From Eubacteriales bacterium (GTDB lineage: Bacteria; Bacillota; Clostridia; Oscillospirales; CAG-272): DNA of 27,561 nucleotides. The notes under the pieces were generated by a model, which ran no database searches, was not told the origin of the DNA, and saw nothing but the letters and a program-made list of their open reading frames with translations. The stretch is taken from NCBI GenBank assembly GCA_051892315.1, contig JBJFGC010000489.1, positions 1-27,561 of the forward strand, given 5' to 3'. The translations under genes and the position numbers were made by a program. Position 1 is the first letter of the stretch, and each line of letters opens with the position of its first letter. Positions 8,247-16,252 of the stretch are shown here, piece by piece.

Positions 8247-8876
8247 TTATTCGGACCTCGCTGGGGTCAGCAGGGTGATGCGGGTACGGCCGTACAGTGT
8301 GGATTTCAGAACGTCGTAGCAGGCCGCCAGTTCCTCCCGTCCGCCGAAGACATCGCGGAGGACAAACTCCGCCGCTGCCTCCTCGTCCCGGCGCAGGCGG
8401 GTGTTCCGTACCGGGATGTCGCAGTCCGTCTCGCAGATGATATATGCGCCGTCTGCGCAGAGACCAGCTTTGTGCAGACCCTCCAGCGCGGACGGAAGAA
8501 GTCCGGAACCGTAGGGCGGATCGAGGAAAACAATGTCGTACGTCTCACGTCCGGCCGCACCGCGCAGAAAAGAGGCGTAATCCGATACGGAAATCCGGCA
8601 CTTTTCAAACAAATGTGTCTTCTTTGCGTTCTCGATAATGACGTTTACCGCATCGCGCGACTGGTCGAGAATGGTGGCACGCGCTGCCCCGCGGGACAGC
8701 GCCTCAATCGCCAGCTGTCCGCTTCCGCCGAACAGGTCCAGCACCGCGCGCCCCTCAATGTCAAACTGAATCATGGAAAAAAGTGCTTCCTTCACCCGGT
8801 CTGTGGTCGGTCGGGTAACTTCCCCTTCCAGCGCCGCCAGCTTTGTCCCGCGCGCACTTCCTGTAATTACTCTCAT
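8247..8876 (-). CDS. rsmD: 16S rRNA (guanine966-N2)-methyltransferase
   Basis: MRVITGSARG, RPTTDRVKEALF, LDLFGGSG, FLDPPY; canonical rsmD-coaD order; start at ATG 8876 after GAAAGAGG. Confidence 0.95.
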   Translation of the reverse strand: MRVITGSARGTKLAALEGEVTRPTTDRVKEALFSMIQFDIEGRAVLDLFGGSGQLAIEALSRGAARATILDQSRDAVNVIIENAKKTHLFEKCRISVSDYASFLRGAAGRETYDIVFLDPPYGSGLLPSALEGLHKAGLCADGAYIICETDCDIPVRNTRLRRDEEAAAEFVLRDVFGGREELAACYDVLKSTLYGRTRITLLTPARSE

Positions 8877-8916
8877 ATTCGAACTGCCTCTTTCTTTTGG
8901 AATTGGGTTTTCACGA

Positions 8917-8945
8917 GGAGAATATTGTTGGGAAAAGTATTCTCC
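8917..8945 (-). repeat. Degenerate palindrome, possible copy of the dispersed intergenic repeat
   Basis: Minus strand GGAGAATA-CTTTTCCCAACAA-TATTCTCC; same GGAG..TACTTTT..CTCC outline as the 17245 copy. Confidence 0.35.
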
Positions 8946-9035
8946 CATGGAGATTACGCTTCGCGCAACTCCGCCTTATGACATCAAACGATTTGCACTT
9001 ACTTTGGCCCCACAATGGATTCGATTTTTGATTCG

Positions 9036-9085
9036 TTTTTGGAAAGGGGCCCGGGGAAGACTTTTTTACAAAAGTTTCTCCTGCA
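9036..9085 (+). repeat. Dispersed intergenic palindromic repeat, copy A
   Basis: TTTTTGGAAAGGGGCC-CGGGGAAGACTTTT-TTAC-AAAAGTTTCTCCTG; imperfect hairpin just past the uvrC stop. Confidence 0.6.
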
Positions 9086-9095
9086 AAGCGCATTT

Positions 9096-10979
9096 CTATC
9101 CGTTTTTTTTCATGTTGAAGAATTCGTGGACGGCTTCTGCGTCCTTTTGGGAGATACCGCGGACGGAGGAAAGCTCCTCGACGGAGGCTTTTTTCAGGTC
9201 GGCGAACGATTGGAAGTGATCCGTCAGGGCTTTGGCTTTGGCGGGGCCGATGCCTTTGATTTTTTCCAGCGACGAGGTTTTCATGGTTTTCCGCTTGGCT
9301 CCTGTCATATGCACGACCGTGTAGCGGTGGACCTCCTCCTGAATGCCGTAGATCAGGCGGAAAACGTCCGCGTGACGGGCGATGTTCACTTCGCCGGTTT
9401 CGTCGGTCAGCGTCCGCGTTTTGTGATGCTCGTCCTTGACCATTCCAAACACCGGAATCTCCATGCCCGTCTCCTGCATCAGTTCCCGAATGACCGACAC
9501 ATGGCCGCGTCCGCCATCGAGTAGGATCAGGTCGGGGCATGCCGCCATCGTGTCGCCCTCCACGCCGATGTGGGCAAGGCGGCGCGAAATTGCCTCCCGC
9601 ATGGCTGCATAGTCGTCCTGCGTTTCCTTTGAACGGATGCCGAACGTGCGGTATTCGCTTTTTTTCAGCCGGCCGTCCACGGCCACAACCATGCCGGCGG
9701 TGATGTGTTCGTCGCCGAGGTTGGAAATATCGTATGCCTCAATCCGTTCGGGCAGAACCTCCAGCTGAAGCAGGGAAGCGAGCGATACCAGCGTCCGTTC
9801 GTCGTTCCGGTCCCGCTTGGCCGCATTTTCGGAATGCTTTTCCGCATCCGAGACCGCCATTTCGCACAGGTATTTTGACGCGCCTTTTTTCGGCGTGCGG
9901 ATGGTGACCTTGTGCTCCGCGCGCTCCGAAAGGTAGTCGGACAGCAGCAGACGGTCATGCTCCGGCAGCTCAAAGGAAAGAAGAATGTCCGACGGAATGA
10001 ATTCCCGCGACTGGTACAGCGACAGAAGAAACGCGGAAAGCGGCGAATCCTCGTCGTCCGTCTCGGAGACGCCGGCGATTTCGTCGGTTCCGAAAAGGAA
10101 GTGCTCCGTGTCGGCAATGTACCCGCTCCGGATGTAGAAAACCGTCGCGCAGTCGCGGAAGCGTACGTTTTCTCCTTCAAACGACGTCAGGTGCAGACCA
10201 ATGACGTCGCACTCCACATCCGGGGAGCCGACAGCCTTCTGCCGTTCGCCAAGCTTGCGCATGGCTTCCACAGCATCCCGGCACCGCGCGGCTTCCTCGA
10301 ATTCCAGCGCCTCTGCGGCACGGTTCATTTTCTCGGTCAGCGAAGCGATGACCTCCCGCGTCCCGCCGCGCAGAATGTCCGCCGCCCGGCCGATGGCCTC
10401 GCGGTAGGCGGCATTGTCGACCTTCCCTGTACAGACGCCCATGCAGCGTCCAATCTGGTAGTAGACGCAGGGGCGGGAGAGGCCGATGTCCTCCGGAAAG
10501 CGTTTCTTGCAGGTCGGAATGCCGAGCGTCCGCTCCAGCTGTGCAATGACGCTGAACACGGTCTGCGTCGACGAATAGGGACCGAAATACAGCGAACCAT
10601 CGGGAACCCGTTTGCGCGACATGGAAATTCTGGGCCATTCGGAGCGGATGTCGATGCGGATGTAGGGATAGGATTTCGCGTCCTTCAGCCGGATGTTGTA
10701 TTTCGGCGTGTACTGTTTGATGAGACTGTTTTCAAGCGCGAGAGCCTCCATCTCGGTCGTACAGGTGATGAAGCGGAAATCGTATACGGACGCGGCCATC
10801 CGTGCGGTCTTTGTGTCGTGTGTGCCGTGAAAATACTGGGATACCCGATCGCGCAGGGAACGGGATTTTCCAACATAGATGACGCGTCCCGCCTCATTTT
10901 CCATGATATACACCCCCGGCGACCGCGGCAGCGCGGCGGATTTGGAACGAAGATGCTCAATATTTTTGGACACTTCCAT
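9096..10979 (-). CDS. uvrC: Excinuclease ABC subunit C
   Basis: GIY-YIG LPRSPGVYIM...IYVGKSRSLRDRVSQYF; RIEAYDISN; PDLILLDGGRGH; C-terminal HhH IKGIGPAKAKAL; start 10979 after AAGGAGGTG. Confidence 0.97.
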   Translation of the reverse strand: MEVSKNIEHLRSKSAALPRSPGVYIMENEAGRVIYVGKSRSLRDRVSQYFHGTHDTKTARMAASVYDFRFITCTTEMEALALENSLIKQYTPKYNIRLKDAKSYPYIRIDIRSEWPRISMSRKRVPDGSLYFGPYSSTQTVFSVIAQLERTLGIPTCKKRFPEDIGLSRPCVYYQIGRCMGVCTGKVDNAAYREAIGRAADILRGGTREVIASLTEKMNRAAEALEFEEAARCRDAVEAMRKLGERQKAVGSPDVECDVIGLHLTSFEGENVRFRDCATVFYIRSGYIADTEHFLFGTDEIAGVSETDDEDSPLSAFLLSLYQSREFIPSDILLSFELPEHDRLLLSDYLSERAEHKVTIRTPKKGASKYLCEMAVSDAEKHSENAAKRDRNDERTLVSLASLLQLEVLPERIEAYDISNLGDEHITAGMVVAVDGRLKKSEYRTFGIRSKETQDDYAAMREAISRRLAHIGVEGDTMAACPDLILLDGGRGHVSVIRELMQETGMEIPVFGMVKDEHHKTRTLTDETGEVNIARHADVFRLIYGIQEEVHRYTVVHMTGAKRKTMKTSSLEKIKGIGPAKAKALTDHFQSFADLKKASVEELSSVRGISQKDAEAVHEFFNMKKNG

Positions 10980-11029
10980 GACCTGCTTCACCTCCTTTTC
11001 CGTGGAATGTGGCATGGATTTGCCGCAGA

Positions 11030-11067
11030 GAATAAATTGAGCGAAGGTGATGGTTCACCCTCGCTCA
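11030..11067 (-). terminator. Probable terminator/attenuator between ptsH and uvrC
   Basis: Minus strand TGAGCGAGGGTGA-ACCA-TCACCTTCGCTCA stem (one G-U pair) followed by ATTTATTCT. Confidence 0.55.
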
Positions 11068-11095
11068 GGCTGGATATGGTTTTTTTCGGGTGGTA

Positions 11096-11359
11096 TTATT
11101 CGGTGAACCCGGTGTCGATGAGGGCCGTGAGACCGTCAAGGGCCTCGGTTTCGTCGTTGCCGTCCGCAATCAGGGTGATGGTCATCCCTTTTACAATACC
11201 GAGCGAAAGAACACCGAGAAGACTTTTCGCGTTGACTCTGCGGTCGTCCTTTTCTACCCAAATCGAGCTCTTGTAAGAATTTGCCTTCTGGATGAAGAAT
11301 GTAGCCGGTCTTGCGTGGAGACCTACGTTATTCTTTATGGTTACATCGCGTGAAATCAT
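11096..11359 (-). CDS. ptsH: Phosphocarrier protein HPr
   Basis: 87 aa; GLHARPA (His15) and VNAKSLLGVLSLG (Ser46); GGGAG SD. Confidence 0.95.
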   Translation of the reverse strand: MISRDVTIKNNVGLHARPATFFIQKANSYKSSIWVEKDDRRVNAKSLLGVLSLGIVKGMTITLIADGNDETEALDGLTALIDTGFTE

Positions 11360-11513
11360 ATCAGCATCTCCCAAAATCTTTAATAAAATATAATCGGGTA
11401 AATATGAGGCAAATTCCCACGTCGAGAACACGAAACACGAATAGGAAGGTACCGGCTCGTCATGGAAGCCATTTTTGGAATAGAAAAATGGCTACACCTC
11501 TGAATCTACCTAT

Positions 11514-11542
11514 ATTATAACAAATTCTTACGTTCAAATCAA
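11514..11542 (-). promoter_or_regulatory. Probable sigma-A promoter for ptsH
   Basis: Minus strand TTGATT (11542-11537), 17 bp, TATAAT (11519-11514). Confidence 0.6.
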
Positions 11543-11655
11543 TAGTTTCGGGCGATTTTTTAATCGGCAAACTTAACAACTTGAGGATAAATTTTGTGCG
11601 GATTTTAGAGAAAAATTTACCGCGGCAAAAAATCCGGGGGAAAAGGGACGGCGGC

Positions 11656-14600
11656 TCAGTTTTTCCGTACGGTAATCGTGACCTTTTCGCCGTTGACATC
11701 CCATTCCTTGGTATAGCCGTCGATGGGCTCATAAACGAGGCAGTCACAGAGAACGGTGCGGCAAAGCTCGGCGGAATCCGCGCGGAGGACTTCCTCCACC
11801 TTCGCGCTGCCGGTGATGGAAACGGTAATGTGGTCGGTGACAACAAAGTCCGCTTCCTTCCGCATGGTCTGAACCTTGGAGATAACCTCGCGGACAAAAC
11901 CTTCGGCAATCAGCTCGGGCGTAAGGTTGGTATCCAGCGCAACTGCGATGCCGCCCTCGGCCAGGCTGAAATAGCCTTCCTTCTGCTTGACGTCGATGAG
12001 AAGATCGTCTCTGGTCAGCTCCACGGCCGTGCCGTCAAAGGTGAAGTGGAGCGCACCGGTGGATTCAAGCTCCGCCATGGCTGCGTTTCCGTCGAAGCCG
12101 TCCGACTGGAGTGTGCCGCGGATTTTGCCGAGCAGCTTGCCGTACTTCGGGCCGACGGTCTTGAGGTTCGGCTTGAAGGAGTACGAGGAGAGAGCGGACA
12201 GGTCGTCCGTGAAGACGACGCTCTTGACGTTCAGCTCGTCGCGGATGATCTCGGTGAAGATGCCGTCAACGGCCTTTTCCGCCTTGACGTACATAGCGGA
12301 GAGCGGCTGACGGTTCTTGGTGTTCGCACCGTTTCGTGCCGCACGGCCGAGGACGACGATGTCCACGACTTCCTTCATGTTCTCCTCCAGCGTCTTGTCA
12401 ATCATGGACTCGTCCGCTTCGGGATAGGAACAGAGGTGGACGGAAATCGGCGCGGTCTTGTCGACGGATCCGACGAGGTTGCGGTAGATATCGTCCGCCA
12501 TGAACGGAATGTGCGGAGCAGCCGCCTTTACGATGGTGACGAGGCAGGTATACAGGGTCATGTAGGCGGCGATTTTGTCGTCGCTCATGTCGCTTCCCCA
12601 GTAACGTTCGCGGGAACGGCGGACGTACCAGTTGGACAGCTCGTCGACAAATTCGTACAGGGCCTTCGCGGATTCCGGGATGCGGTAGTTTGCGAGGTGA
12701 TCGTCGACGGCCTTCACGGTGGTGTTCAGGACCGAGAGAATGTAGCGGTCCATCACGGTGAGTGCGCAGTCGCGGAGATGGTATTGGGTCGGGTCGAAGG
12801 AATCCAGGTCAGCGTAGAGAACGTAGAAGGCGTAGGTGTTCCAGAGCGTACCGAGGAATTTCCGCTGTCCTTCGGTCACGGCCTTGCCGCTGAAGCGGGA
12901 CGGGAGCCACGGTGCGCTGTTGGTGTAGAAGTACCAGCGGATGGCGTCGGCGCCGTAGGTGTTCAGCGCGTCAAACGGATCCACGGCGTTTCCTTTGGAC
13001 TTGGACATCTTCTGCCCGTTTTCGTCCTGCACGTGTCCGAGAACGATGACGTTCTTGTACGGCGCGCAGTTGAAGAGAAGGGTGGAGATGGCCATGAGGG
13101 AATAGAACCAGCCGCGGGTCTGGTCGACGGCTTCGCTGATAAAGTCGGCCGGGAACTGCGCTTCAAACAGATCCCTGTTTTCAAAAGGATAATGATGCTG
13201 GGCAAACGGCATGGAACCGGAGTCGAACCAGCAGTCGATCACTTCGGGAACGCGGTGCATTTCGCCGCCGCACACCGGGCATTTCAGCGTTACCGCATCG
13301 ATGTAGGGGCGGTGCAGCTCAATGTCGTCCGGACAGTTGTCGGACATTTCCTTCAGTTCCGCGATGCTGCCGACGGAATGACGGTGACCGCAGGAGCATT
13401 CCCAGATGTTGAGCGGCGTGCCCCAGTAACGGTTGCGGGAGATCGCCCAGTCCTGCACGTTTTCCAGCCAGTCGCCGAAGCGTCCCTTGCCGATGGACTC
13501 GGGAATCCAGTGAACGGTGTTGTTGTTGCGGACGAGGTCGTCGCGCACGTCGGTCATTTTGATGTACCAGGATTCGCGCGCGTAATAGATCAGGGGCGTG
13601 TCGCACCGCCAGCAGTGCGGGTATTCATGCTCAAACTTGGGCGCGTCAAAGAGCTTGCCTTCCTTCCGGAGGTCTTCGAGAACCAGCGGATCTGCCTTTT
13701 TGACGAACGTACCGGCGTAGGGCGTTTCGGCGGTCATGTTGCCGGCGCCGTCGACAAACTGTACGAACGGGAGATCGTACCGGCGGCCGACCTTGGCGTC
13801 GTCTTCACCGAACGCGGGAGCGATGTGGACAATACCGGTACCGTCGCTCATGGTGACGTAGGTATCGCAGGTGACGAAGTGCGCCTTTTTCTTCTGTTTT
13901 TCGGCGGCTTCCCCGGCGCAGGCGAACAGCGGCTCGTATTCGCGGTATTCGAGATCGCTTCCTTTGTATTCCTCAACGATGGTGTAGGCGGGGGCGTCGT
14001 CGGCTTTCAGCTTACCGAGGACGGTGTCCAGCAGGGCCTTGGCAAGATAATAGGTGTATCCGTCGGCGGCGTTCACCTTGCAGTAGGTTTCGTTCGGGTT
14101 GACGCAGAGGGCGAGGTTGGAGGGAAGGGTCCACGGGGTCGTGGTCCACGCGAGGAAGTAGGCGTCCTCGTCCTTGGCCCTGAAGCGGACGACCGCAGAG
14201 CGTTCCTTGACGGTTTTGTAGCCCTGCGCGACCTCCTGTGCGGAGAGGGGAGTGCCGCAGCGCGGGCAGTAGGGGACGATTTTGAAGCCCTTGTAGAGGA
14301 GACCCTTGTCCCAGATCTGCCGCAGCGCCCACCATTCGGACTCGATGAAGCTGTTGTCGTAGGTGACGTAGGGATGTTCCATGTCCGCCCAGAAGCCGAC
14401 GGTTCCGGAGAAGTTTTCCCACATCCCCTTGTACTTCCAGACGGATTCCTTGCATTCGTTGATGAACGGTTCGAGACCGTACTGTTCGATCTGTTCCTTG
14501 CCGTCGAGACCGAGCTTCTTTTCAACTTCGATTTCAACCGGAAGACCGTGCGTGTCCCAGCCGGCCTTGCGCGGAACGTCGCAGCCCTTCATCCAGTGAT

Positions 14601-14811
14601 AACGCGGAATCAGGTCCTTGATCACGCGGGTCAGGACGTGACCGATGTGCGGTTTGCCGTTGGCGGTCGGCGGACCGTCGTAGAAGGTGTAGCCGGGCCG
14701 CCCCTTGCTTTCGGCGAGCTGCTTTTCAAAAATTTTGTTCTCATTCCAGAACTTCAGTACTTCGTGCTCACGCTCGACGAAGTTCAAATTGGTTTGGACT
14801 TTGTTGTACAT
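11656..14811 (-). CDS. ileS: Isoleucine--tRNA ligase, type 2 (archaeal/eukaryote-like)
   Basis: DGPPTANGKPHIGH, GWDTHGLPVE, DWAISRNRYWG, KMSKSKGN; C-terminal extension (EGFVREVISKVQTMRKEADF) in place of the zinc-finger tail; start set at MYNKVQTNLNFVERE. Confidence 0.97.
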   Translation of the reverse strand: MYNKVQTNLNFVEREHEVLKFWNENKIFEKQLAESKGRPGYTFYDGPPTANGKPHIGHVLTRVIKDLIPRYHWMKGCDVPRKAGWDTHGLPVEIEVEKKLGLDGKEQIEQYGLEPFINECKESVWKYKGMWENFSGTVGFWADMEHPYVTYDNSFIESEWWALRQIWDKGLLYKGFKIVPYCPRCGTPLSAQEVAQGYKTVKERSAVVRFRAKDEDAYFLAWTTTPWTLPSNLALCVNPNETYCKVNAADGYTYYLAKALLDTVLGKLKADDAPAYTIVEEYKGSDLEYREYEPLFACAGEAAEKQKKKAHFVTCDTYVTMSDGTGIVHIAPAFGEDDAKVGRRYDLPFVQFVDGAGNMTAETPYAGTFVKKADPLVLEDLRKEGKLFDAPKFEHEYPHCWRCDTPLIYYARESWYIKMTDVRDDLVRNNNTVHWIPESIGKGRFGDWLENVQDWAISRNRYWGTPLNIWECSCGHRHSVGSIAELKEMSDNCPDDIELHRPYIDAVTLKCPVCGGEMHRVPEVIDCWFDSGSMPFAQHHYPFENRDLFEAQFPADFISEAVDQTRGWFYSLMAISTLLFNCAPYKNVIVLGHVQDENGQKMSKSKGNAVDPFDALNTYGADAIRWYFYTNSAPWLPSRFSGKAVTEGQRKFLGTLWNTYAFYVLYADLDSFDPTQYHLRDCALTVMDRYILSVLNTTVKAVDDHLANYRIPESAKALYEFVDELSNWYVRRSRERYWGSDMSDDKIAAYMTLYTCLVTIVKAAAPHIPFMADDIYRNLVGSVDKTAPISVHLCSYPEADESMIDKTLEENMKEVVDIVVLGRAARNGANTKNRQPLSAMYVKAEKAVDGIFTEIIRDELNVKSVVFTDDLSALSSYSFKPNLKTVGPKYGKLLGKIRGTLQSDGFDGNAAMAELESTGALHFTFDGTAVELTRDDLLIDVKQKEGYFSLAEGGIAVALDTNLTPELIAEGFVREVISKVQTMRKEADFVVTDHITVSITGSAKVEEVLRADSAELCRTVLCDCLVYEPIDGYTKEWDVNGEKVTITVRKN

Positions 14812-14829
14812 GATGCTTTGCTGTTTTTT

Positions 14830-14887
14830 CGGAACAGCTTTTTCAGAGAAAAAGCCGTTTTCCGTAAAACCCCTTTCAGAAAACTTT
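14830..14887 (-). repeat. Dispersed intergenic palindromic repeat, copy E, inside the ileS leader
   Basis: Minus strand AAAGTTTTCTGAAAGGGGTTTTA-CGGAAAACGGCTTTTT-CTCTG-AAAAAGCTGTTCCG. Confidence 0.6.
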
Positions 14888-14930
14888 GTACGGATTTGCT
14901 CCTGGTGCGCCGGAGACGACCGGAGGCGGA

Positions 14931-15160
14931 AAAACAAAAAGTCCCGGAATTGTCCGGGACAGAAAAAATCTGTTCTACCACTCGCACACATGATACGTCT
15001 CCGCGATAACGGTCGGACTCCGGTATGTGCTACTTTTCCCGTGGGAATTTCACCATACGGCTCGGGAAGGATTTTCCGCGGCTGCGTCGTACCGGCTTCC
15101 ACCGGCGCCGGTTCTCTGGGACGACGAACTCTGACGCGTACTCTTTTCCGTCATTGCCTT
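14931..15160 (-). ncRNA. T-box riboswitch leader (Ile, AUC specifier), transcription-attenuation type
   Basis: Stem I AGAGA (CCAGAGAACCGG) and GGUGGAA motifs; GAAAAUC specifier at 15072-15070; AGUA and CCGUUA in the stem II region; GAG-UGGU-AGA T-box-like bulge; terminator GUCCCGGA/UCCGGGAC (14941-14960) plus U-tract. Confidence 0.9.
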
Positions 15161-15167
15161 TGGTATT

Positions 15168-15196
15168 ATTATAGCCCATCCGTCTTCCTTTGTCAA
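15168..15196 (-). promoter_or_regulatory. Consensus sigma-A promoter of the ileS T-box leader
   Basis: Minus strand TTGACA (15196-15191), 17 bp, TATAAT (15173-15168). Confidence 0.9.
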
Positions 15197-15345
15197 GCGG
15201 AATTTCACAAATTCTTTGGGAAACTGTGTGTCTGCTGCCAATGGAACGTCGAACGTCCCCTCGCGTCACGCTGGGCTTCCAAAGACAAAATTTTATTATG
15301 CACGTCAAAAATTTTCCGATCCGTGATAAATTTCCTTCGGTTTTC

Positions 15346-15374
15346 TTGACATCTTCTTTCGAAACTGCTATACT
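15346..15374 (+). promoter_or_regulatory. Sigma-A promoter for the esterase gene
   Basis: TTGACA (15346-15351), 17 bp, extended TGcTATACT (15369-15374). Confidence 0.8.
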
Positions 15375-15417
15375 AATCACATCATAGTAAGCCCCAAAAG
15401 GACGGAGGAATTTCTCT

Positions 15418-16164
15418 ATGATGTATACCGATTCCGAATTCGCGGGTTTTCGCCGCGCGGATTTCAAGTTTGAGGATCGCGACGCTCTCATCGTTTTTCC
15501 GGATAAGCCCGAACCGCAGGGCCGCTGGATGATGAAAATGGAATATTTCGGCGCGTTTCCGGCGCTCGAAATCGAGCTTCTGAGGCGTGGCTGGCACCTT
15601 TGCTTCCTGCAGAACGTCAACCGCTGGGGGACCGATGCCGATTCGGATGCCAAGGCCCGTTTCGCTGACTTCATTGCGGACGAATTTGGTCTGGAGCGGC
15701 GGTTCACCTGCGTCGGCATGAGCTGCGGCGGCATTTGCTCCGTCAACTTTGCCGCGCGTCATCCGGAGTATGCCGCGTTTCTCTATCTGGACGCACCGGT
15801 CATGAACCTGCTCTCCTGTCCGATGGGCTTCGGCATCGGCGACGCGCTCGGCGAAGGGGACGCAGGATGGCGTGAAATCGTGGACGCTTACGGTTTTGAT
15901 CTGCCCGCGCTTCTCACGTACCGCGGCCATCCGATCGATAAGATTCCGGTTTTAGCGGAGCACCATATTCCTGTTGCCCTCGTTTACGGTGACGCCGATC
16001 CGGTCGTCCCGTACGTTGAAAACGACATCGTACTGGAGAAGTATTACAAGGAACACGGACTCCCCCTGTTCTGTGTCGGGAAGAAGGGCTGCGGCCACCA
16101 TCCCCACGGCCTCGAAGACAGCACTCCCCTCGCTGACTTTATCGAACAGTGGACAAAAACCTGA
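15418..16164 (+). CDS. Alpha/beta hydrolase (small esterase, possibly carbohydrate deacetylase-like)
   Basis: VGMSCGG nucleophile elbow, YGDADPVVP (Asp), CGHHPHG (His); GGAGG SD. Confidence 0.85.
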   Translation: MMYTDSEFAGFRRADFKFEDRDALIVFPDKPEPQGRWMMKMEYFGAFPALEIELLRRGWHLCFLQNVNRWGTDADSDAKARFADFIADEFGLERRFTCVGMSCGGICSVNFAARHPEYAAFLYLDAPVMNLLSCPMGFGIGDALGEGDAGWREIVDAYGFDLPALLTYRGHPIDKIPVLAEHHIPVALVYGDADPVVPYVENDIVLEKYYKEHGLPLFCVGKKGCGHHPHGLEDSTPLADFIEQWTKT

Positions 16165-16252
16165 CAAAGTGGTTTTGACGGGGGACAGCGTTCCCCTGAG
16201 TCATAGTTCAGACAAAACAAAATTTCTATAAAACCCAATGGAGGAAACCATC

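Noticed and set aside
10980-11095. LexA/SOS box upstream of uvrC
   Set aside because: No GAAC-N4-GTTC-type site found by eye.
11581-15009. 1142-aa + strand ORF
   Set aside because: Exact antisense shadow of ileS; stop-free because of codon bias; no motifs or SD.
14812-15102. 97-codon N-terminal extension of IleRS from the ORF track
   Set aside because: It runs through the T-box leader and terminator; homology-like sequence starts at MYNKVQ.
16165-16200. GGGGACAGCGTTCCCC mini-hairpin after AAAGTGGTTTTGAC as another repeat copy, or TTGACG promoter
   Set aside because: Only a 5-bp stem without the CTTTT/AAAAG core, and no correctly spaced -10; too weak to call.
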